From the IMG/VR virus record IMGVR_UViG_3300020123_000589, positions 87,360 to 151,359 of that record: a stretch of 64,000 nt of DNA. One strand, given 5' to 3'. The DNA is from a virus. Positions 37,850 through 46,218 of the stretch are shown one piece after another. Under the pieces are notes generated by a model. It ran no database searches. It was not told where the DNA came from and saw only the letters and a program-made list of their open reading frames with translations. The position numbers were made by a program, and so were the translations under genes. The stretch's first letter is position 1. Each line of letters opens with the position of its first letter.

Positions 37850-38130
37850 AAATCTATTGTTCGCATTCTGACAAAATTTTCACTAAAGCTTCAAATTACT
37901 ACCAATGTCGTTTTTGCCTTTTCTCGTGGTACGATAAAGATCCAACTCCCATGATTGTAATTGGGTTTACGGATGTAACAGAAGTTGATCCAAAGTATTT
38001 TGAAAAACTTGAAGCAAAAGAAATTTCAAATAAAAAATTTGTTAGATGCCTTACGTGTAAGGATGTAGTTGAAAAAAGAAAACATATTCTTTGCACCGTG
38101 AAGAATTGGATTAAAAAAGCAGGTTTATAA
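37846..38130 (+). CDS. Hypothetical Cys-rich protein
   Basis: GTGA overlap; CxH, CxxC, CxxC. Confidence 0.45.
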   Translation: MKIYCSHSDKIFTKASNYYQCRFCLFSWYDKDPTPMIVIGFTDVTEVDPKYFEKLEAKEISNKKFVRCLTCKDVVEKRKHILCTVKNWIKKAGL

Positions 38131-38343
38131 TATTCTATTATATTTAATAGCTTGGACGTATCTATCGGAATATAACCGTTTCCATAACTTTACTGTTCAT
38201 GGAAACAGTCCCTACTGTGCTGTAAATTACAAAACCAAAGAAATTAATTGTGTATACCAAACAATGGATGCATGTCGAGATACCCTACAAAATTACGATA
38301 TGACTGTTTGTTATCCAAATAAATTTACTAAATAAGCTTTTAT

Positions 38344-39510
38344 ATGAATTCACTTTATCTTTTAGCCATTCTTATTTTCTTTAATCAGGGTATTGGCGGA
38401 TTAGCTGCACAACCACTGTATTACTTTTTGCGTGAAACTTTGGGCATGGGTGTTCCAGCGATTATGGTCCTTGGAGCCCTTGCGAACCTTCCATGGTTGA
38501 TTAAGCCTGTCTGGGGATTTCTTAGTGATTCAATAAGTATCTTTGGGTACCGTAGAAAAAGTTATATTGTTTTATTTGCGCTTTTAGGCACCATAGCTTT
38601 TCTCGCTATCGGCTTGTCACCATTTATTTCTCTGTCTATTCTTATCGGCTTGATGATTGTTGGGTCCATTGGGGAAGCTGGTGGAAATGTAGCTGTAAAT
38701 GGCATGGGGATAGAAGAGGGTAATAAGGATGGAACTACAGGACGTTTTCAATCCATAACCTGGGCGGCTTTAGGTGTTGGTTCTGTCCTTACAGGCGTTT
38801 CTGGTGGTTATATTGCTGAAAAGGCTTCCTATCATCTCGCTTACGTAATTCTCGCTATTTTCCCTATCCTAATCGCTATAATGGCCCTCAGACATCCAGA
38901 AGAAAGGGCAGAAGGTTCTAAAAAGAACGTGGGGCCAATAATTAAGGATTTCCTATTAAAATTAAAAAATAAACAGATCCTTTTGTGTAGCCTTTTTGTA
39001 TTTTTCCTTTGGTTCAGTCCTTCTTTTGGAACTCCACTTTTGGACAGAATGCGAACGGTTTTACATATGTCCAAAGTGTGGATTGGATGGCTAGATACAA
39101 TTGGATCAGCTTGTGGAATTATCGGAGCTATGGTATACTTTAAAGTGAGCAAGAACATCAATATGAAGCGTTGGTTGTATTACGGAACCATCTTAAGTGC
39201 TTTGGCAACATTTGCTTATTTGTACCTAACGCCGACTACTTTGCTTTGGTATACGATTGTATTTGGAGTGGCAACACAGTTCATTCATTTGCTGATGCTT
39301 AACTTGATGGCGATGACTTGTCCAGAAGGAACTGAGGCAACTACGTATGCTTTGTTGTGTTCGTTGGTGAATTGTGCATCTTTCTTTTCGAATATCGTTG
39401 GAGCTAAGTGTTTCGCTTTGTTTGGATATAATGGGCTGATTATTATTTCAGGCGTTACTACCTTTATGTGTTTGGGATTTATTCCGTATCTTGAGGTAAA
39501 GAATGTTTGA
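38344..39510 (+). CDS. MFS transporter, folate-biopterin (BT1/FBT) family
   Basis: About 12 TM segments; 'LPW.IKP.WG.LSD...IFGYRRKSY' and 'CP.G.EAT.YALL.S..N' signatures. Confidence 0.85.
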   Translation: MNSLYLLAILIFFNQGIGGLAAQPLYYFLRETLGMGVPAIMVLGALANLPWLIKPVWGFLSDSISIFGYRRKSYIVLFALLGTIAFLAIGLSPFISLSILIGLMIVGSIGEAGGNVAVNGMGIEEGNKDGTTGRFQSITWAALGVGSVLTGVSGGYIAEKASYHLAYVILAIFPILIAIMALRHPEERAEGSKKNVGPIIKDFLLKLKNKQILLCSLFVFFLWFSPSFGTPLLDRMRTVLHMSKVWIGWLDTIGSACGIIGAMVYFKVSKNINMKRWLYYGTILSALATFAYLYLTPTTLLWYTIVFGVATQFIHLLMLNLMAMTCPEGTEATTYALLCSLVNCASFFSNIVGAKCFALFGYNGLIIISGVTTFMCLGFIPYLEVKNV

Positions 39511-39805
39511 AGTGGGAGATGTTATTGAATATGGTGGAGAAGGTTCTGAAGCATATATAGTTGATATTAATAGGAATAGTTTGTGTATATTATTTTTTGA
39601 TGGTTCAATAGGTTGGCACGATATTCAAGATAGTAATTTTAAACGGACTTCAAAAAATTGGGATTCCAATAAATTGAGAAATATTATCGAACTTGGTTTT
39701 TCCAAAGGATGTCGAGTAAAAAGGGCTGGTTATATCGATAATCTTACTTACATTGAGTTACTAGCCTGGACAAAAGAATATGCAGAACAAAGAACTCGAA
39801 TATAA
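39503..39805 (+). CDS. SH3/KOW-like hypothetical protein with a DNL motif near the C-terminus
   Basis: MFEVGDVI...; YIDNLTYIELLA. Confidence 0.55.
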   Translation: MFEVGDVIEYGGEGSEAYIVDINRNSLCILFFDGSIGWHDIQDSNFKRTSKNWDSNKLRNIIELGFSKGCRVKRAGYIDNLTYIELLAWTKEYAEQRTRI

Positions 39806-41171
39806 TTTCCTGAAGCATGTCCTTACCGATCCCAAATGTATCCTGAAAGTACAGGAACATGGAATTGATGAGAACTTCTTCAATATTCCCACAGTATCAA
39901 AACTCTTTGGTATTACCGTTCGTTATTACCAAGCTTACGGAGCCCTTCCCACTTCCGCTGATGTTGAGTTAGTCCTTTCCTCTAGCAAATATACTGCCAA
40001 TCTGGGTGATGATTTCAAAAAGCAAATAGCTGTCCTCTTCTCTGAAGTGTCAATTCTTTCCAATCCTCCCAACTTTGATTTGCTCCTTGATGAGTTGACC
40101 CAATACCACAAAACCAATTTATTCCAGCAATCTTTGTTTGCTGCCACTGAAGCTCTTACGAACAATAGCACAGATAAAGCGATTGAAGCCGTTAAGAAGT
40201 CGCTTGCGTCCATTGATAAGATTTTTGCTTCCAATTACGATTTGAATGGCAGTATTGAAACTAACGCCAAACCTTTGTGGGATCAGTTCCTGGATGCAGA
40301 ACAATATCCAGAAAAGTATAAGGGAATCAACGTGGGATTTGATGGGTTTGATAAATTAACAGGTGGATTGGTTGGAGGCACAGTTACCTTAATTATTGGA
40401 GGTTGGAAATCTGCTAAGAGTGTCCTTTCCATGAATATGGCACACAATGTTGCTACAAGCGATTTTGCTACTAAACGTGTTGGCAAAAGGGTTTTGTATC
40501 ACGTTAATGAGGGACGGTTTGAATTGAACCAAGCTCGTCTTGCATCTTGTGCAACAGGAATCAACTATACTCGTTTAAGCAGAGCACTCAGAGGGCGCGT
40601 TGTGTTTACCCAAGCTGAACGTGATCTTTATGAGAAGTATTTGAAAGGGGATGAATTCAAAGAGTTGCGACACAACCTCATTATCGATTCAGCACCTCCA
40701 ATTGTTTCCAGTGCTCGTTATATATCCGCAAAGATTAAAGAACACAATCCAGAGTTTGTCATCATCGATTATTTGGGGCTTTTGGGAACAGATCAGCGAG
40801 TGAAAGATGATAACGAGAAGCTTGGTAAGGTATCCTCTGAAGTGGTGTCGCTGGCCATTGAACACAACCTGCCTATTATCCTGATTGCACACGTTAACAG
40901 AAAAGCGAAACAAGCAGCCGATAAAAATAACGAGGATTATGACAGCGAAGATATGGGGCTGAGCATTGAACCAATTAAGAACGTGGATGCAGTTGTCTCC
41001 TGGAGAATTGAGGACCCCGAACAATTTAAACAAACACACAAGGGTATTGGAACATTGGCGATTAGGGATGCCAGGAACGTAGAGACGGGAACGTGTCAGT
41101 TGTTGGTAGATACCAACGTGATGGGAATAAAAAATATTATTTACGGTGGAATTGGTGGACAGCAACCGTGA
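39780..41171 (+). CDS. dnaB: Replicative DnaB-like helicase
   Basis: GI..GF..FD.LTGG...G, Walker A variant GGWKSAKS, NEG, IIDYL.L, H.NR, D.V, R..R. Confidence 0.8.
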   Translation: MQNKELEYNFLKHVLTDPKCILKVQEHGIDENFFNIPTVSKLFGITVRYYQAYGALPTSADVELVLSSSKYTANLGDDFKKQIAVLFSEVSILSNPPNFDLLLDELTQYHKTNLFQQSLFAATEALTNNSTDKAIEAVKKSLASIDKIFASNYDLNGSIETNAKPLWDQFLDAEQYPEKYKGINVGFDGFDKLTGGLVGGTVTLIIGGWKSAKSVLSMNMAHNVATSDFATKRVGKRVLYHVNEGRFELNQARLASCATGINYTRLSRALRGRVVFTQAERDLYEKYLKGDEFKELRHNLIIDSAPPIVSSARYISAKIKEHNPEFVIIDYLGLLGTDQRVKDDNEKLGKVSSEVVSLAIEHNLPIILIAHVNRKAKQAADKNNEDYDSEDMGLSIEPIKNVDAVVSWRIEDPEQFKQTHKGIGTLAIRDARNVETGTCQLLVDTNVMGIKNIIYGGIGGQQP

Positions 41172-41344
41172 AGGTGTACATAGATCAGTGTTGTTTCAAT
41201 TGTAAACATGAGGCAGGATGGCACCGAGATTGTGGTCGTAAGAACGGGCATTGTTTTAAATGTGCAGATTGTCAAGAATTTGTTCCTTCGGACAATCTGG
41301 ATTATATTGAAAAAAAAAAAAAAAAGAGAGGATTAGTAAAATGA
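41168..41344 (+). CDS. Zn-finger + DNL-tail family member 5 (poly-A within the tail)
   Basis: CFNCKHEAGWH...CFKC..C.EFVPSDNLDYIEKKKKKRGLVK; GTGA overlap with dnaB. Confidence 0.7.
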   Translation: MKVYIDQCCFNCKHEAGWHRDCGRKNGHCFKCADCQEFVPSDNLDYIEKKKKKRGLVK

Positions 41345-42147
41345 GCGTAAAACACCGTTATTCATGGCTCCCAGATTTACCTGATTTTAGAGATTTTAAG
41401 TATGCCTTTCACAGTCTAAAATTTTCTCCAAATATGGGATTGAATTTAAATTTGCCAACACAAGTTGATTTACGTCCCTTTTGTTCTCCTGTATTTGATC
41501 AGGGACAGTATGGTAGTTGTACCTCACAATCTCTTGCAGGGCATTTAGAATTTTTGGAGCTTAAAGAAATCCGAGAAAAAACTACTGCCCCAGAAGAGTT
41601 TGATCCTAATACTTTTGTACCATTCTCCCGCCTTTTCATTTATTGGAATGAACGCGATCTGGAAGGTACTACGAGTCAGGATAGTGGAGCACAGATTCGT
41701 GATGGTATTAAATCCTTGGCTCAATACGGAGATTGTAAAGAGGGGAATTGGAGCTACCTACCACAGAATGTATTTACCAAACCATCTGATGTAGCATTCC
41801 AAGAAGCTGCAAGTCATAAAATTTCTACTTATATGCGCTTGGATAGTCTTTACGACGTAAAGCACTGTCTATCAAGCGGCTACCCAGTTTCATTTGGTTT
41901 TACTGTATTCGAATCTTTTGAATCTCCTGAAGTGGCCAATACTGGGATTGTTCCAGTTCCACAATCTAATGAAGAATGTGAAGGCGGTCATGCCGTCTTA
42001 GCTGTTGGATATGACGATGCAAAGCAATGTTTGATCGTTAGGAATAGTTGGGGTCCGACTTGGGGCGATAAAGGATATTTCTACCTTCCCTATGAATTTG
42101 TCACCAATCAGGATCTCAGCGACGATTACTGGTCAATTCGTAAATGA
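41341..42147 (+). CDS. Papain-like cysteine peptidase (C1A)
   Basis: LP..VDLR, DQG..GSC, SRLFIY.N.R, GGHAV..VGY, RNSWG..WG..GY. Confidence 0.9.
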   Translation: MSVKHRYSWLPDLPDFRDFKYAFHSLKFSPNMGLNLNLPTQVDLRPFCSPVFDQGQYGSCTSQSLAGHLEFLELKEIREKTTAPEEFDPNTFVPFSRLFIYWNERDLEGTTSQDSGAQIRDGIKSLAQYGDCKEGNWSYLPQNVFTKPSDVAFQEAASHKISTYMRLDSLYDVKHCLSSGYPVSFGFTVFESFESPEVANTGIVPVPQSNEECEGGHAVLAVGYDDAKQCLIVRNSWGPTWGDKGYFYLPYEFVTNQDLSDDYWSIRK

Positions 42148-42344
42148 TTGAGTTTTGTATTTGTAGGCATTCTAAATTCGAACATAAAGAACCAACACCA
42201 TCTAGAAAAATACGATGCAGGGAATGTTGGAGTGAATGGGCTAATGGATGGAATGGAATTACAGAATCATCTTTAAGTCACGAATTCAAACTCGATAACT
42301 TGAAATTTATTGAAGATTTAGCTAAAGAGAGAAAACTGGTATGA
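42144..42344 (+). CDS. Zn-finger + DNL-tail family member 6
   Basis: CICRHSKFEH...CREC...FKLDNLKFIEDLAKERKLV. Confidence 0.75.
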   Translation: MIEFCICRHSKFEHKEPTPSRKIRCRECWSEWANGWNGITESSLSHEFKLDNLKFIEDLAKERKLV

Positions 42345-42859
42345 AAACTTGTTTGGAAATTATCGAAGAGTATGGAATCGAGCTTAAGGATCTTGGAAAG
42401 GATCTTGCTCGTGGATATTGTAAAATTCATGATGATAGAGCGGGTGGAAAACCTCAGTTCACCTACTACAAAAATAATGACAGTTGGTTCTGCTTCCGTT
42501 GTGGAATAGGTGGAGATGCAATCCGTCTAGTAGCGGAGATGGAACACATTTCATATAATGAAGCTAAGAAACGATTGGTAGGAACTGAACAAGAGCAACT
42601 TCAAGAAAATCTGGATGCTTTGGATAATCTCGATGTCGATATTGCTCAATCCTACAACCTACAACTTAATTTAACTCTTCGTCCAAAGTTTCGAGATTTG
42701 CTTTATCGATTCCCAGGCAAGCAACAAGATGTTTTAAACGCAATGAAAGCACTCGATGAAGAATTGAAGAACAAGATTAATTTTACAAAGATGAGCCAAC
42801 TCTTTGAACGTTTTAAATTGTTTAGTGAGCAGATAGTTGCAGAAAGCGTTAAAGTCTGA
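42341..42859 (+). CDS. Stand-alone primase CHC2 zinc-binding domain protein
   Basis: C.IH.D....P.F......W.CF.C..GGD.I.LV......Y.EA; no TOPRIM domain in this ORF. Confidence 0.8.
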   Translation: MKTCLEIIEEYGIELKDLGKDLARGYCKIHDDRAGGKPQFTYYKNNDSWFCFRCGIGGDAIRLVAEMEHISYNEAKKRLVGTEQEQLQENLDALDNLDVDIAQSYNLQLNLTLRPKFRDLLYRFPGKQQDVLNAMKALDEELKNKINFTKMSQLFERFKLFSEQIVAESVKV

Positions 42860-42865
42860 TATAGT
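42837..42865 (+). promoter_or_regulatory. Sigma70-type promoter, leaderless to ATG 42872
   Basis: TTGCAG-17-(TGa)TATAGT, ATG 6 nt later. Confidence 0.6.
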
Positions 42866-42871
42866 TGAAGT

Positions 42872-43075
42872 ATGAAAGATCTAAAATTACCATGTATTTG
42901 TGGGCATTTGAAAAGGGAACATAGATTAGGTTGTGCTGATTGTCATTATGATTTATTGGACAAAGATTACGGACCTACTAAATATTACCAAGAACGTCGA
43001 AAGATATTTCACGATTTCAAACTTGATAATCTTGCTTACGTCGAGCAAGTGGCTAGAGCACGGGGATTAGTGTGA
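42872..43075 (+). CDS. Zn-finger + DNL-tail family member 7
   Basis: CICGHLKREH...CADC...FKLDNLAYVEQVARARGLV. Confidence 0.75.
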   Translation: MKDLKLPCICGHLKREHRLGCADCHYDLLDKDYGPTKYYQERRKIFHDFKLDNLAYVEQVARARGLV

Positions 43076-43281
43076 AAGAATTCACCATCACCAAACGGTT
43101 CACAAAGAAAGTGAGTTTCAATTATAACTCGCTGGAATGCAGCACGGAGCTTACCAATACTGTGAATGTTTCTTCTGGGGAAGAGCTTCTAGTTGAAAGT
43201 GACAAGCTATTCGAGCAAGCAAAGACATTAACAAACAACGATATAGAGAAAGTATTGAAAGAGAATGGGGTGACGAAGTAA
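43072..43281 (+). CDS. Hypothetical protein
   Basis: GTGA overlap; ORF track. Confidence 0.55.
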   Translation: MKEFTITKRFTKKVSFNYNSLECSTELTNTVNVSSGEELLVESDKLFEQAKTLTNNDIEKVLKENGVTK

Positions 43282-43562
43282 TGTTAAATAAACTATTTGA
43301 TGTGTTAGATAAGAAATTATGCGGTGACGAATATGTTCCAGCTTCTGAAACAGATAAGGAATGGATCGTTAAACTGTTAAAAGAAAATATTAAATGGTAT
43401 CGAGATGTAGCTAACGATTTGGAATCTCTAATTACTGATGATGTGGTGACGAAAGCGACCAAAGCAAATGGACAACGGTTTATGCGCTTGCTGCAATATT
43501 ATGGACACAACGGAGCAGATAAATTGCACAATGCTAAACCTAAGAAAACGGAGGAAAAATAA
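43281..43562 (+). CDS. Hypothetical protein
   Basis: TAATG overlap; ORF track. Confidence 0.5.
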   Translation: MLNKLFDVLDKKLCGDEYVPASETDKEWIVKLLKENIKWYRDVANDLESLITDDVVTKATKANGQRFMRLLQYYGHNGADKLHNAKPKKTEEK

Positions 43563-43563
43563 T

Positions 43564-44091
43564 TTGAAACTTTTAACCGAAGTAGAGATGCAGGAGCGTC
43601 TTGGTGAAGTAGCGACATGTAGGGTTGCTTTGGACCCAGATCCCACAGCCAATGGAGTTCTTTCGCTTAATAAGAAATTGGCCGAGATCCAGCTTTTTAA
43701 AGACCGTTTGAGTTATTTAATTACCGAAGCTTTGCATAATTCAAATACAGCCGAAGTGGTTTACGAAGAACTTAAGGGCGATCACGACCGTCAGTTGGAA
43801 GTGCTTCTGGCGACGGATTCCACAGTTCAGGCTCAGAAATCGGCAGAGATGCGAAATGCCACTGCGAAGCAAAAGATTGCTGAGCAGGTGCTCCGTCTCC
43901 ATCACGCTGAAATTGATTTGCTCAAGGCCCAGGGATATTTGAAGGTACTACAGTCGATTCATTTGAATTTGGAATCGTGTAATTCCAATTTATCTCGACA
44001 AATCACCGTGATCCAGCTTGCAACTGGAATGGGTGAAGTACAAAGAAGTGCAAATGGACAACCAACAGGAACACTAACAAAAACATATTAA
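43564..44091 (+). CDS. Coiled-coil protein (possible UvsY-like recombination mediator)
   Basis: TTG after GGAGG; all-helical; near the SSB-like gene and recA. Confidence 0.4.
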   Translation: MKLLTEVEMQERLGEVATCRVALDPDPTANGVLSLNKKLAEIQLFKDRLSYLITEALHNSNTAEVVYEELKGDHDRQLEVLLATDSTVQAQKSAEMRNATAKQKIAEQVLRLHHAEIDLLKAQGYLKVLQSIHLNLESCNSNLSRQITVIQLATGMGEVQRSANGQPTGTLTKTY

Positions 44092-44093
44092 AC

Positions 44094-44285
44094 ATGCCAA
44101 GATTGAAAGGCAGTAAAGATAAGAAGTCCAGGAAAAGTAGAGGCAAAAGTAGGTTGTGTTCTAAGGGACACAACATAGCTGTTGTAGGTCGTAACTCTTC
44201 TGGACATTGCAATGAGTGCCACAAGGAATATTACAAGAAACGTTGGGAATTTATCAAAGAACATTTCAATGAAAAACCTTCTTAA
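44094..44285 (+). CDS. Stand-alone CxxGH...GR...CxxC zinc-finger protein (no nuclease)
   Basis: MPRLKGSKD...LCSKGHNIAVVGRNSSGHCNEC. Confidence 0.65.
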   Translation: MPRLKGSKDKKSRKSRGKSRLCSKGHNIAVVGRNSSGHCNECHKEYYKKRWEFIKEHFNEKPS

Positions 44286-44318
44286 AACTATAATAAAATG
44301 TGGTATTATTGAGACGTA
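44281..44318 (+). promoter_or_regulatory. Conserved 38-bp element upstream of homing endonuclease (copy 3)
   Basis: CTTAAAACTATAATAAAATGTGGTATTATTGAGACGTA. Confidence 0.75.
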
Positions 44319-44357
44319 CTATACGTCCCATTATTATAATTTTAAGGAGATACCAAG

Positions 44358-45068
44358 ATGAAAAAACCTAAGAAACAATTTTGTGTACACGGCCACGATA
44401 CCTTTGTTACTGGCAGAAACAAACAGAATGCTTGTATGGAATGCTTACGAATTCGTGATCGTGAGGAATATGTTGCACATCCACGGCCTAAAACACAGTT
44501 CTGTCCAAAGGGGCATGATACCTTTGTTGTAGGCAGAGACGAAAGTGGATATTGTGTAACCTGTAAAATTATAAGACGGCGTATTGACGAAACAAAAGAT
44601 TCAAGGATTAAAAATATTTGTCCACAGGGACATGATAAGAATGTGGTTGGCCGAGGTAAAAAAGGTGTTTGTAAGGAATGTAGACGAATTAACAGCTTAA
44701 AGTGGGCAAGAGAACATCCAGAGCAGGTATCACAACGAAAGCAAAAATACTACCAAGAAAATAAAGAGAAGAGCAAGAACAACAATCTGATTTGGAATTA
44801 TAATATCACGCTAGAAGATTACAATAAAATGTTAGAGAAACAAGGCGGTGGTTGTGCTATTTGTGGAAGTAAAGAGATTGGAGTTGCTAGAGCAATTTAT
44901 TTTTATGTGGATCACAATCATACTACAGACGAAGTTAGAGGATTATTGTGTAATCCATGTAATTGTTTAGTGGGTTTTTCTAGGGAAGACATAAAAATTT
45001 TGTTAAAAACAGTAGCGTACATCAAAAAACATAATAAACAAACTAATAAAATAAGGAGACATAACTAA
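44358..45068 (+). CDS. Endonuclease VII-type HNH endonuclease with 3 N-terminal CxxGH...CxxC repeats
   Basis: Y.IT...Y..M...Q...CAIC...VDH.H.T..VRGLLC..CN. Confidence 0.85.
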   Translation: MKKPKKQFCVHGHDTFVTGRNKQNACMECLRIRDREEYVAHPRPKTQFCPKGHDTFVVGRDESGYCVTCKIIRRRIDETKDSRIKNICPQGHDKNVVGRGKKGVCKECRRINSLKWAREHPEQVSQRKQKYYQENKEKSKNNNLIWNYNITLEDYNKMLEKQGGGCAICGSKEIGVARAIYFYVDHNHTTDEVRGLLCNPCNCLVGFSREDIKILLKTVAYIKKHNKQTNKIRRHN

Positions 45069-45069
45069 C

Positions 45070-45738
45070 ATGCTTACAACAATCACAAAAGGTTCCTATG
45101 ATAACACGCCAATTCCTGACAACGTGTATTTGGCTAAGGTAGTTCGAGTAAAAGAAAAGGCTCCACCCGCAAGTCATCCTGAGTGGTTTCCTAGTTTACA
45201 GTGGCAATTTCAGATTTTAACTGATCCATTTAAAAATCGATATGCCTTCGGCAAGACCCCAACAAATTGGGTGGCACAAAAGAAATTGGACAACTGGTTA
45301 GTCGCGGTTGGTATTAATGCGTCCAAGGGCCAGAGTGTGAAGATTGAGGATGTAAAAGATCTATACGTGAAGATCCTCGTTAAGGGTAAGAAATACAATG
45401 ATAAGCAAACTGGTGAAGAGAAGATCTTTTCAGAAGTAACCGAGCTTCTTCCTTTGGATAGTTTGGATCAGATTAAGATTCGGGAATTGGCCGTTGGAGT
45501 TACTACAACGGCGGCTCAACCAACCATAGGTGGTCCAGGTAATCCCGCTATTGGAACTGGTAATGTTCTGTTGACGACTCCTACAAATGGTGGTACAACC
45601 GCAGGTGGATATGTTCCTATGACTACATCGGCTCCTAATCCTCCACCTCCGTACATGCCTCAGAATCCTATGGGAACGCCAACATTCACACCAGCACCTA
45701 ATGTAACAGGTACGCCGAGCAGAACCATACCATTCTAA
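45070..45738 (+). CDS. Putative ssDNA-binding protein (DUF669-like)
   Basis: 'PIP..VY.AKV', 'L.WQF.I'; disordered tail ending IPF; upstream of recA. Confidence 0.55.
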   Translation: MLTTITKGSYDNTPIPDNVYLAKVVRVKEKAPPASHPEWFPSLQWQFQILTDPFKNRYAFGKTPTNWVAQKKLDNWLVAVGINASKGQSVKIEDVKDLYVKILVKGKKYNDKQTGEEKIFSEVTELLPLDSLDQIKIRELAVGVTTTAAQPTIGGPGNPAIGTGNVLLTTPTNGGTTAGGYVPMTTSAPNPPPPYMPQNPMGTPTFTPAPNVTGTPSRTIPF

Positions 45739-45742
45739 AAAG

Positions 45743-45922
45743 ATGGAAGAAATTTGTATCTGTCATCATACAAGATCCAATCATGATGACGCAATTTGTT
45801 GGGCTTGTTATGATGGTCGGAATATGTACAAAAGAGGCGATTGGATACGGAGCAAGCACTCATTCAAACTCGACAATCTTAAGCTGATCGAGGACTTAGC
45901 TAAAGAGAGGAAATTGATATGA
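45743..45922 (+). CDS. Zn-finger + DNL-tail family member 8 (59 aa, not in the ORF track)
   Basis: MEEICICHHTRSNH...CWAC...HSFKLDNLKLIEDLAKERKLI. Confidence 0.75.
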   Translation: MEEICICHHTRSNHDDAICWACYDGRNMYKRGDWIRSKHSFKLDNLKLIEDLAKERKLI

Positions 45923-46197
45923 CGTTGCGCGAGAAAGCAATTAAGCAGTTAAGAAAGAGCATTCCGATTGAAGCAAATGAATATACGGAATCTAGAATCC
46001 AAAAGCTTATTAAATTATGGAAAAGTAAAAAAGAATGGGTTGTAAAAAGTAAAGAAGAAGGGCATACTTTTACCATTCTCAAAGGTGAGGATTGTTATGA
46101 AGTGTACAATGCATCTAATGAGTTAGAAGGAACAGCAGATACTTTGGCTGATGCTAAAGCCATTGCTCATCAAGATGGAGAACGAGTAGGTTATTAA
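45919..46197 (+). CDS. Hypothetical protein
   Basis: ATGA overlap. Confidence 0.5.
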   Translation: MTLREKAIKQLRKSIPIEANEYTESRIQKLIKLWKSKKEWVVKSKEEGHTFTILKGEDCYEVYNASNELEGTADTLADAKAIAHQDGERVGY

Positions 46198-46218
46198 TTT
46201 AGGCAACAGGAGAATCTA

